Source: Macrostomum hystrix
Lineage: Eukaryota; Animalia; Platyhelminthes
NCBI GenBank assembly: GCA_950097015.1
Contig: CATNEN010000038.1
Span: forward strand, 15,438,001 to 15,502,000
Reading direction: 5' to 3'
Length of the DNA: 64,000 nt
Position 1 is the stretch's first letter, and each line of letters opens with the position of its first letter. The notes beneath the pieces were generated by a model that did no database searches, was not told the DNA's origin, and saw only the letters and a list, made by a program, of their open reading frames with translations. Positions 9,770 through 21,000 of this stretch are shown here, in pieces. Both the position numbers and the translations under genes were made by a program.

Positions 9770-10835
9770 CGCCACCTACTCTCAAACCCACTGGTAGACT
9801 GTCTAGCGTCTTCCAGAACGAGATCCTTGACTTCAGCTCCTGCGTCGCGGAGAATTAGTGGCAGACCTATCCTCATCCACTCGGACAGTCAGACCTGTGG
9901 CTCTCAAAGCCTTCTGCAATACCAACACCAAGTCGCGGACAGTCTCTGAAAACACCGTCAGCCTAATTTGGATCCCCGGGGTCGGTGGCAGAGCGGTTAA
10001 CGCGTTTGCCTCTCGCACCAAGGTCCCTAAGTTCGATTCCACGGCGAGGCCACATTTATTTGGGGCGCAGCCGCAGAGAGAATGCTTGGTGGCTTGTCGA
10101 GCAAATTTTCGCCCTTGAGGGCCAACCTCCAAGGTACAGTGGAAATGTACACTGCCTGACGATGAGAAAGTCAGAGCAGATGTACACACTCTGTGTGAGC
10201 GTGTGCCTGTATGTGCCTGTACAGTATCTGTGCGCGTGTGCGTGTGTGCGTGCGTCACTAAATTATGTGCCATTGCCCGCAGCCCTACTGCAATTATAAT
10301 AATTATTATTATTAACTTGAACCCCCGGTCACATGGGCTTCTGTGGAAACGAGCTCGCTGACAGCCTTGCCAAACAAGGAAGCAAGCGACCCTCCTTGCG
10401 ACCCTCGCCGGCTGTTCCCGTCCCAACCATTGTCATCAATATACTTGCATGCATAGGGACCGTTGGGCCAACTCCCCAAACTGGCGCCAATCCACAGCGG
10501 CTGTTCCGCGCCCCTCCAGGAGGCTCTCAATTAACATCCTCCTGAACCAAAACAGGAAGGATTCGACCTTCACCGGTCACGGCTGCTTTGCTCTGCTTTG
10601 TGGCGTTGAGAACAAGGATGCCCAGCTCTTCGTCTGCCATTGCCCGGCCCTCAACCGAGACCGGATCTGCTACCTCGGTCCAAACCCATCCATCGATGAT
10701 GTTTGCAGACCCGAGAATATCCCACGGCTCATCCGATTCCTGCGGGCAACCAGACGAAATGGTTGGGGTTAGCGAAATGGGCGACTCCCGCCTCCTCGCT
10801 GTGTCTTCGGACCGCCCTGTGGCTAATTAATTTAA
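9770..10835 (+). mobile_element. Non-LTR retrotransposon 3' fragment (RNase H plus C-terminal Cys motif; I/LOA/R1-like), interrupted by a SINE
   Basis: VSLIWIPG | PGHMGFCGNELADSLAKQG is the RNase H C-terminus; downstream LCGVENKDAQLFVCHCPAL is a degenerate zinc knuckle; frameshifted. Confidence 0.7.
9977..10312 (+). mobile_element. tRNA-derived SINE family B, near full length
   Basis: tggcagagcgg A box, gttcgattc B box, conserved body, (ATT)-rich tail; degenerate TSD taatttggatccccgg / taacttgaacccccgg. Confidence 0.8.
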
Positions 10836-11126
10836 GTCAAGTCACACTATCAAGCACACACACGAAATCACACACATACACACACAAAACCCAGAAACAC
10901 ATAGTGAAACACATTAAGACTGCTAGGAGTCCAGAATATTTAAAGGGCTAATTAGCAACACTGTATCGCCAGGATGGATTTCATTGGATGGCAACAATTG
11001 AGAGAATTTCAATCCGAGGTATTATATAATATTCAGATCCCAAAACACTTTAATTGGCACAGCATTCACTCCACCACCTTCAAGTTATTGAACTTTCCAG
11101 TTTAATCTAATTAATCCTAATTAGTC

Positions 11127-13103
11127 ATGCAATTTTCAGCACTTCTCGCATTACTATTCATTCGCACGGCAGGTGAGTAGCTGCTACTTCTGAAGTATTA
11201 TTAAGCGGTCAGTGCAAAGACTGTCTGTGCACTATCTTGTAACTGCAACAATACCTACACACCTACATACCTACATACAATTCGATTGACTGCTTTAGAT
11301 GCAGCCTTAAGAAGCCAAGTGTTCCTTCGAGAGGCCAGCGGCTCCATAGCACTGAACGATTCGGTGAGCAGCAGTTTGAGCAGTGAGTATGGTACCGAAT
11401 CCAGCACCAAGTGTCTGAGCAGGTGCGGAGGCGGAGGCTGCGCTGCCGCATTGCTGAATAAGACAAGCCGCGTCTGCCTGATGCTCTTCATCAATGATGA
11501 GTCTTCTGGCACGACTGGCCCGAACGGCAGTCACGTGACGAGGCAGCTGGACTCGCCAGCCGACGGAGCCGTGAGGTTGTGGAAGTCGGCGGACTTCGAG
11601 CAGCAGCTTCGGTCTAAAAGCTTTCGAAAACATTTTAAACGTGAGCTTAAATGCATGGGCGCAATAAAATCTCATTTCCAGAGTCAATCGCAAAAAAATG
11701 TTGGCGCTGTCAGTTTCGTGATTTTGCCAATCTGCACTCCCACCCTTCCCAGGGGGATGAGTTGCTGAGCAGTCTAACGCGTTTGCCTCTGCCTCTCGCA
11801 CCAAGGTCCCTGAGCTCGATTCCGCGGCGAGGCCACATTTACATTGGGCTTAAGGGCTTGTCGTGCAATTTAAACCATCGGGGGCCAACCTCCAAGGCAC
11901 AGTGAGAGTGTACACTTCTTGACCATGAGAAAGTCAGGGCAGATGTACACACCTGTGTGAGCATGTGTCTGAGCATGTTATCTGTGTAATTGTGCTCAGG
12001 AGTCAGCGAAATGAGTCAGTGCCATTGTCCACAGCCGTGCTGCAATCCATTTCTAATTTTACTCTCTCCCTTCCCAGCACCTACTTCTGTTATTGAATGG
12101 TTACGTCTCCAATCAGAGGGTCTGTGGATATTTTACAGGGCCGCATTCCGCACCGACTCACCCAACAGATAGCGGTTCTGGCCGGAACGGATCGGTTCAG
12201 CTCTTCTACGTGCCGTTCGCTGCCTGCTTCCGCATCGAGGCCTTCGGAGCTGCTGGTGGCAACGCGTCTTCGAATTGGCGAGGCGGCAGGGGTGCCTCAG
12301 CAGCTGGGAGCTTCTGGCTCGCCACCGGCACCCGACTGGACATTGTGATCGGCCAGGCCGGTGGCAACACTGGATGCCAATACGGCGCAGGGGGTGGCGG
12401 CGGCAGCTTCGTGTACGTCAGCAACAGCACCGGCGGTCCTCGGCTGCTCCTTGCTGCTGGAGGAGGCGGCGGGGCATCATGGAATTTTCGTAAGACAGAT
12501 AAAAATGGGGTTAAATTTTCATGGGTCATGTTGCTTCATTTTCATGCACAAAACGACGATCAGGAACGAGCTGAATAAGAAATCAACTTGAAGTTTATTC
12601 AAATCGCAGATGGTGTGAGTGGCGACGGCGGCATTAACGGCACTGACAGCTGGCCGAAGGACAACTGCTCTGGGCTAGGAGGGGCTGCCGGTCAGCCGGG
12701 TCTGGTGGCAACGATTCGAAGCACCGCTAAATCCTGCGGTGGTGCTGGCGCCGGTTGGCTCGGCTCGGCGCAGCTCAGCAGCCTTTCTTTTTCTGAACCT
12801 GGAGGTCCCGGTCTGAGCCGCATCGACGGCTGGTTCGGCGGAGCTCGTCACAGCTCCTCCTGCAGCAATGGCGACGGCGGCTTCGGCGGTGGCGGCGCCA
12901 GCGGCGGCTGCTGCGCCGGCGGTCGTCTGGGTGCTGCTGGCGGAGGCGGCGGATTCAGCGGCGGAGGCGTCAGCACAGCCCTAGAGCAAGGCGGAGGCGG
13001 CGGCGGCTCCTTCTGCAGCGGCTTCGGCTGCTTCACCGCCACCGGCGCCAACTCGGAGTCGCAGGGCCGAGTACTGCTGAGCATATCTGCGGCCTGCGGC
13101 TGA
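11127..13103 (+). CDS. Secreted PAN/apple-like + ALK/LTK-type glycine-rich domain protein; exons 11127-11172, 11299-11640, 12139(or 12169)-12489, 12610-13103
   Basis: Signal peptide MQFSALLALLFIRTA; PAN-like KCLSRC..GCAAALLNKTSRVCLML; glycine-rich signatures RIEAFGAAGG, LDIVIGQAGG, GGGGGSFVY, LLLAAGGGGGA, GGFGGGG, GGGGGFSGG; all junctions are phase-1 compatible. Confidence 0.75.
11753..12050 (+). mobile_element. SINE family B copy in an intron
   Basis: Homologous to 9977-10312. Confidence 0.75.
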
Positions 13104-13740
13104 CGCTCAGCCTGATGGGAGCCGCCAACAGATCATGCATGACAGAAAATGGCAGGTCTTAACTAGACAGTTTTGACGGCGTCACACGCGTATCAGTTAA
13201 AAAGAGAAAAAGGAATGAAATCCTTTGAAGGCTGCTAACGCCAGTAAGCGATGTTAGCGTAACTGGCTTAGTTCACTGTATCATTTTTATGCTGTCTGTA
13301 TTCTGTTTATGCTCTCTGTATTCTAAAAGACGAATAATATAGATAAGTATAATATAAAATTTAAACTTCTCTGTATTCTTATTTGCTTATAGCAAGCAAA
13401 CGAAAATATTGTTTTTGAGCTTTCAGAAGTTAGCCGTGCAGTTGCATGTAACAGGGTGGTATTCTCATGTGTCGTTTCGTTTTACAGACAGGCGGCCGCC
13501 GCTAAACTCATCATGGCGGCCGCCAAGCTTGGCATCATATTCCAGCCTGACTTTCACCAAGGATCGAAGTTCGCGCGAGCTCTGCGATTCAGAATTGTTC
13601 GTCTCCGATTATTTATTTTAGCATTAGAATTGCTTTCGTGTTTATTTGAATAGCGAATTCCCGTTTAGATTTTACTGATTATTTTTCAATCTTTCCGGTG
13701 CGAATTAGCGTTCTAAAATAGTTTTCTGGTGATAAACCTC

Positions 13741-13754
13741 GTTACGAGGGCGAC
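13741..13754. promoter_or_regulatory. Candidate RFX X-box upstream of ANKEF1
   Basis: GTTACGAGGGCGAC, two mismatches to GTTRCCATGGYRAC, about 1.3 kb upstream of a ciliary gene. Confidence 0.3.
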
Positions 13755-15079
13755 TAGGAGTGGTGGTCCACTAGAGATTTCATATAGTGGTCATTGCCTC
13801 GTCATATAACATAAAATTATCTGGTAGAAGAATAATATAGCTAGCAGAAAAGCAAAATGATCAAGTTTATCAGTTAGATATGTAGCTATTTTATATTTTT
13901 AACGGCAAAATGAACCCATTATTGCTTTAGACATAAAGGTAAAAATAATGATTTGTCGTTAAAATTGACAATGAAGCATGGTACAGGTAATTTATTATGA
14001 AATGAAAGTTCATTAAAAACTATTTAAGATGTAAATACTCTTGTTCTAACTGAATTTTAAGAAAGTGTCTAAATTATAGCGAAATGCTTTTGAAACGTGA
14101 AAATCCAAAGGTTTACGACTTTTTTATTTTATTTTATATTATTTTTGTCATTTCTTTAGCATAAGTAGCACAAATGCTCGGAATAAATGTAAAAGATTTT
14201 TTTAAACGAAAATATGAAATAATAGTTACAATTTTGTTTTACTTTCAATAATTTTACTTTCAGTAACTATGACGCTCTCGCGCGTTAGTTTAACACAACA
14301 TTAAGTTATCCGTTTTTCATTTTCTTTGTATTGAGAAACTGAAATACACATATGTGACTCTGTGAGCCTCAATTAGGACCTAAATTTTTACTTCGATGAT
14401 TTCTAAGCAATGCAACAAATAAAATTAGGCGAATATTCCAAATTTAAAAACATTTTCTAACTTGTATTCTATTTACGGAACAGGGGTTTGTTTCATTTTA
14501 TCCAACAATGGAACCAAACTAGTTTTTTTCTGAGTATTATTAACAAAAAAATACTTTAAAGGCGACATTTTGTTTCAATTCTTAAAAGAGAATACATATT
14601 GCATACAGAACACTAATAGTATGTTGCATCGATCCGCAACATTATTCATAAATGTTTAATTATTCATAAAGTTTATGAACATTCTATTTTTATGCAATTC
14701 ACCGTGAATTGCATTTACTTTTACTTACACCACGCTTACTTAAAACCATTAGGTGTTTCATCGTTTTATCGTAATAAGGCTTTCAAGACAAATCGCAAAG
14801 AGTAAAAATTGAATCTAATAAATTAAGAAAACAGGTCTAGATTTAAACCAAGTATTAGTTTTAGAAACTTTTTATTCACTAAGTCACACTTTTTAAGTCA
14901 AAGCATTTTCTAATATAGAATTATATGTCTTCCAATAAAAAATATAAAAAATACAATATGCTTATAGAGCTATAATAAATCTGCATCGTATTAGACTAAC
15001 AGGCAATATTTTTCATGTTAAAAACTTTTTCCAAACGAAAATTGCAGGTCCAGGTGACCAGCTATTGTTAAACAGAGTC

Positions 15080-18000
15080 ATGCCGGTGGCCACAGACAGG
15101 CTTGGCGCACTGCAGGTTTGCAAGCTGATTCAGTGTGTGCGCGAGAGGAACAAGTCTCAGATTGACAAGCTAGTGCAGTGCGGAATACCTTATTTGGTTA
15201 ACTATGGCGAGCCCTACGAAGGGGAGACAGCGCTAATCATTGCGGCGAAAGAGAATGACGTTGACATGATTCGGGTGAGCTGAAATTTTGGTAGAAGAAG
15301 TATAATTTGTGGGAAGATTTTTAACAGTTCTTTTAGAGGTCAACCCCATGCAACTGCCACAAACCGCAGTTCCTTACCAAATCGATGGGCGCTCTGCCGG
15401 ACTTCGCCGATTTGACCGGCGTCACCCCGGCGATGCGCGCAGCCGAGCTGGGCCTTGATGGCGCGCTGGCAGCGCTGGCTGAAGCCGGAGCCAGCATGCG
15501 TGCCAGCGACAGAGACGGAAAAAGTAAGCACGCGAGAAACTATCTTTTATTTCATTCTGTCTACTGTATAAGTAGCGTAGTTCGAAAAGTGTTTGATAAA
15601 AAAAAGTGAAAATGTCGCGTACTTAAATTACAATTTTCAGAGCCAACATTCTAGAGTAGTCCGGTACTTTTCTATTGAATAATTGTCACTCTGTACAATA
15701 TTATCACGCTAGTTATATGCACTTGATTTCCTATAATTTTTCTATATCACGCGGTGTATCAGAATGCTGCGTACGGCTGTTCAGTCCATGGACTGGAGTG
15801 GAGGCGTGCTTGTTCACAAATGGTTCGCGTGGAGTCTGGTCGCTCTAATTCTAACAAATAGCTAAAACTCCTAACATATTTGTATACAATACTTCTTGGC
15901 ACAACAATGTTTAACGATTGAACTACTGACACAGTTAAATGAATAGCATATTCACTGAAATTTCTGAAATTTATCTGCGATACATCACTTGAAAATGATA
16001 AAATTGACGATAATTAAGTTCCTATGTTTATATATAGCTCGGATTATTCACTTATTTCACGATTATATAATTAATAAAAATCTATCTTTAAAAACAATCC
16101 AGTGACCTTGTGTCCCTCGATTGGACCCTCGATTTCAACCTATACCAACTATATTGAAACAGAGCGATAAATTTAATTACATATTCAGTAGATAAGATAA
16201 GCTGGACTGTCCCACTAATTTTGAGCTTAATTTTTCTGTATTCAAGTTTGCGGCACTTAACTTAAAGCGGCTAATTTTTACTGTAGCTACTATTTAATTG
16301 GGTTTCTTTTGTGAATAGCGCGACATTCTTGTTTGCCAAAGGAAGTCTCTATTTTTGTCTATGGTCTGGTCTCATACCGTGACTCCAAAAAGGTGCCAAT
16401 TTTATGATATAGCGGGCCTGAAACGAGACCAATCATACGAAACCTTTTCTATGGCTTTCTTAGAGAAAATTTTAGCTCTACATGTAGTTACGCCTAAAGT
16501 GTTTCCAGAGGTTAAATTTAATAATATCCGCCAAATTCCGGTTCCATGGTCGAAAGTCTTTCTTTTTGCGAGAACCGTTATTCAGCGGGTTAATGGCAAT
16601 TAACTGCCCGCAAGAAAATTACCGATCATTAATTCATCTATGGCCATTAATGGGCAAGACTTTTTGCCCGCCTGGCAAAAAGGTCATGGTACAATACACT
16701 TTAGCAAAGACTTTATACACTAAGACTATAGCTTTTTGCGTTCAATTTTGGACAGCGGGCTTTCAATTTCGGCAAGGGTCTATGTGTCAGTCTCCCATCC
16801 CCTCCCATTGGTGTCTATGGCCAGAAAATGCACAGACGGGCTTTCAAATTCGACAGCGGGCAATCAATTTCGGCATGCAACCGGATTGACTGGAACTTCT
16901 TTCTTACTGGAAATCCTCAGCTCGTGGCAGCTGTCTATGGTAGAAGCAGCTTCTGCTTCTACCATTTGTTGGCTTGACTGCTCGCTAATTTGACAGAGAT
17001 CACAGAGGGAGAAAGTTTAGCAACACTGAGTCTTCTCTGTTAAAATCTAACAGTTTAACATGGAGCATCGGCAGTATGCAACGATATCCAGAGACAAAAG
17101 AGATCTTGTCATCCAGGCTTGGCAGCGCGGAGAACCGCTGGAATACTTCGAGTGCGAGGAAAGGCAGTTCTCAGATTGGTGCACACTCAGAAGAGCCCTG
17201 GACTCATCCTCATTCTGGCAACTTCTCCTACTATCGGCTTGGTGGAGTATAGCCTTGAGATCGGTTCTGTGAACCGTGAGCGCGTGCAGATTTTGGTCCC
17301 TCGAATCTGCCAGAGCGTTGCTGCTCATCTGCCAGAGGCCATCAGTGTGTGATTCTGCTGGATGGGGCTCGGTTTCACCAGGGGCTGGAATTTGAAGGTC
17401 GCATCAGCTTCCGCACCTTGCCGCCATACTCACCATTCCTGAACCCAGTGGAGCTGGCACACAGTGCGTTCAAGGCTGCAGTGAAGCGCCAACTGAGTCA
17501 GCCAGTTGTTCTGCAGGAATTTGCTCTTATTCCGGAGGACATGAGCGCTAGGGACTGGAGGATAATGGTGTTGCAGCGCTGTGGTGTTGAGGCAATCGAT
17601 GCCATCACCCAGCAGAAGTGCGGTGCTTGGTTTCAGCACACCTGCGATTCATCCCTCCATACTTGGCTAGAGAAAACATTTTGGTATAAATGTTGACTAT
17701 CTTCGTCTTTGTGGTCCGACTTGTTTCACACGTTCGCGACTCTATCGTAGTGTCCCAGTTGGCATTGAATTCATTCAACAAAATGTTCGCGTTTAGTTCA
17801 AATGTTTGCTCAAGTGGACTAATGCCGAAATTGATTGCCCGCTGTCGAATTTGAAAGCCCGTCTGTGCATTTTCTGGCCATAGACACCAATGGGAGGGGA
17901 AGGGAGACTGACACATAGACCCTTGCCGAAATTGAAAGCCCGCTGTCCAAAATTGAACGCAAAAAGCTATAATACACTTTACTTAAACGATATATTTGAA

Positions 18001-21000
18001 ACAGCGAAGGAAGCAGATTAGGTGACGAACATGTTTGAAACGTTTAACTGAGTCATAATTCAACTATTCCTAGATCAGTAGTCAGTCCACGACTCTTCAA
18101 CAACTCCAGAAAGTTGCGTCCCTTGTTCTTCCATCTGTCTCCGCGAGCTCACAGGCAGATCGGAAATTTCAATAGCGAGTTCCATTAGCTCATCTTGGAA
18201 TTTAGGTGGCAGTGGACTCTTTACACAGGTTGTCCTCAATGAATAGCTGTCTAACTTTAATAGCTCTTGTTTTACAGTGCACGACAATGAATGATGTTTT
18301 AACCATAGACAAAAATGTGATCTCGCTCACGCCCCACAACCTCTTAACCACCTTTTAACGGTAATAAAGTGAGATACTTTTATGTCTATGGTTAAAATGC
18401 GATTAAAGGAACCGCTGATGATTTATACATTGTATTTCCGCATTTTTTCTAGTGGGATTATTTGTCTATGGCCTAATCGTATTCACAAAATGTACTGTTG
18501 CTTTTACATTAGCGTTGAGAAAATTCTGGAAGGAATTCCCATAAACATTCCCATATTACGACAAGGTGCAAGAAAATATAAAACACTTTCTACATGTAGG
18601 ACTTCGAGATACGAGTATTTAATGGTTGGGACCCTGAATATCCCATTAGCGCTAATGCACCCTACCCTATACACCTGCACTCTCCAGGCATTCTGTTCTA
18701 CTGTCTGCAGTCCAGTGAGGAGCACATGAAATGCTTGGCCATCGCTCTAGCCAACGAGGCCGACGTCAATTGGCCAGCCAAAGATGGTCGGACCGCATTC
18801 TTTGCTGCCTGCGAAATGGCCGCCGACAATCCGGAGGCCTGCAGGCGGCTGCTCGAGGCCGGAGCCCTGGCAGAAGTTGCTCAGGTACGTTTATAGTCGA
18901 TTTAATGGAGAGAGACATTGAACGTATAACAACGTGTGGTCTTAAATGTTAAACAAGGCATTCCCTCGTTAGATAGGCTTTTACCTGTTAGATAAGATAT
19001 CACCTGTCAGATAGGCTTCTACCTTTTAGAAAAAGTTTCTGCTGTCACATAAGGTTTCAGCTGTTAGATAGATATAAGGTCTCACTTGTCAGATAGATAA
19101 GGTTTCAGCTGTTAGATAGATAAGGTTTCACTTGTCAGATAGATAAGGTTTCAGCTGTTAGATAGATAAGGTTTCACTTGTCAGATAGATAAGGTTTCAG
19201 CTGTTAGATAGATAAGGTTTCACTTGTCAGATAGATAAGGTTTCACTTGTCAGATAGATAAGGTTTCAGCTGTTAGATAGATAAGGTTTCACTTGTCAGA
19301 TAGATAAGGTTTCAGCTGTTAGATAGATAAGGTTTCACTTGTCAGATAATTAAGGTTTCAGCTGTTAGATAGATAAGGTTTCACTTGTCAGATAATTAAG
19401 GTTTCAGCTGTTAGATAGATAAGGTTTCACTTGTCAGATAGATAAGGTTTCACTTGTCAGATAGATAAGGTTTCAGCTGTTAGATAGATAAGGTTTCACT
19501 TGTCAGATAATTAAGGTTTCAGCTGTTAGATAGATAAGGTTTCACTTGTCAGATAATTAAGGTTTCAGCTGCTAGATAGATACGGTTTCAGCTGTAAGAT
19601 AAGGTTTCACCTGTTCAATTCTATCAACCCCAACCAGGTTGGCACCCGTCGCACCGCCCTAATGGCGGCGTGCGCCAGCGGCTCCGACGAGGTGGTCCTC
19701 GAGGCGCTTCTCCGTGGCGCCGATCCAAACAGCTCCGACCGTCAGGGCTGCACGCCGGCGCACTACGCGGCTAGGGCCGGCCACCTCGGCTGCCTGTTCC
19801 GCTTGTCGGCCTTCGGCGCTGATTTCGATCGTCAGGACGCCCGGCAGAACGGCGCTATTCATCTGGCAGCAGCTGGCGGCCACGCGATGTGCGTGAAGTT
19901 CCTCGGCCAGCGAGGTGCCAACGCCAAGGCAAAGAACGCTGACGGCAAAACGCCTCGATTGCTGGCTAAGGATAATAAGGTGGGATTCATTGGAGATTTT
20001 GGGACGCAGTTTTCAGATCATGAAGCATTGTCTCAATTTTTTCTTAAATTCAATGAAGACCTGAGGAAACTGTTAGATTACAAAATTGCAACAAACAGGT
20101 ATCACAGTTAAGTGGTGAGATAATCAAACAGGTTTCACGGGATCTAGAATCAAACAGGTAACACAGGATCTACAATAAAGCAGGTATCACAGTAAAATGG
20201 TCGAGTCAAACAGGCATCAGAGGATTAACAAGCAAACAGGTATCACAGGATCAACAATCAAACAGGTATCACAGGATCAACAATCAAACAGGTATCACAG
20301 GATCAAAAAGCGAACAGGTATCACAGGATCAAACAAGCAAACAGGTATCACAGTATCAGCAATCAAACAGGTATCACAGGATCAAACAAGCAAACAGGTA
20401 TCGCACCAAGGTGGTCTAATTAAGCAAGCACAGAGCTAGCACTAAGTCATAGAGCGAGGCACCAACTCCTACATCAAGGCCTCCAAAGTCTGCATGCGGG
20501 AGGTGCGCCGAGCCGAACGGATGTCCGGCAAGCCGCGCGTCAAGAACAATGAGCCTTGGGCGCTGGCACTCTATGATTGGACTCTGGCCAGAGGCGACGA
20601 GTTGCAGTCACGCCTAGTGACAGATTACGATCCCGAAGCAACGGGCCAGGTGGCGCGGGAAGATTTTGTCCAGCTTGTCGGCCTCATGGGCGCTCCGTGG
20701 AGCCTGGAATGCGACAAGAAATTAGGCCCGCTCTACGACAAGGCCAAGAACGGCTCGTTTGATTACAAAGACTTTTTAACCGGCCGAAAGTACATTAGCA
20801 AGCTCTACCTGGCCACAGCGTTCGAACCGAAAAAGAAGCGCTCAAGAAAGGGCAAAGGCGGCGGACGGCGGAAGAAGAAGACTAGGTATCCGTTTGAGAT
20901 CTGCGTGCTGCCTGACGAACAGGTGAGAAGCTTGGATGAAAGAAAAAAAATTTGATTTATTTTTTTCAGAGACTGTCTATGGCAAAATGTGTCGATGGAG

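Noticed and set aside
10152-10180. Hammerhead-like CTGACGA...GAAA in SINE B
   Set aside because: Only 3 nt separate the motifs (no stem II), and the bases form a simple hairpin ctgac/gtcag
12078-12140. Start codon donated by a spliced leader (SL-AUG + HLLLLLNG...) for the Gly-rich gene
   Set aside because: An upstream signal-peptide exon and a PAN exon give a complete phase-compatible model using a downstream acceptor
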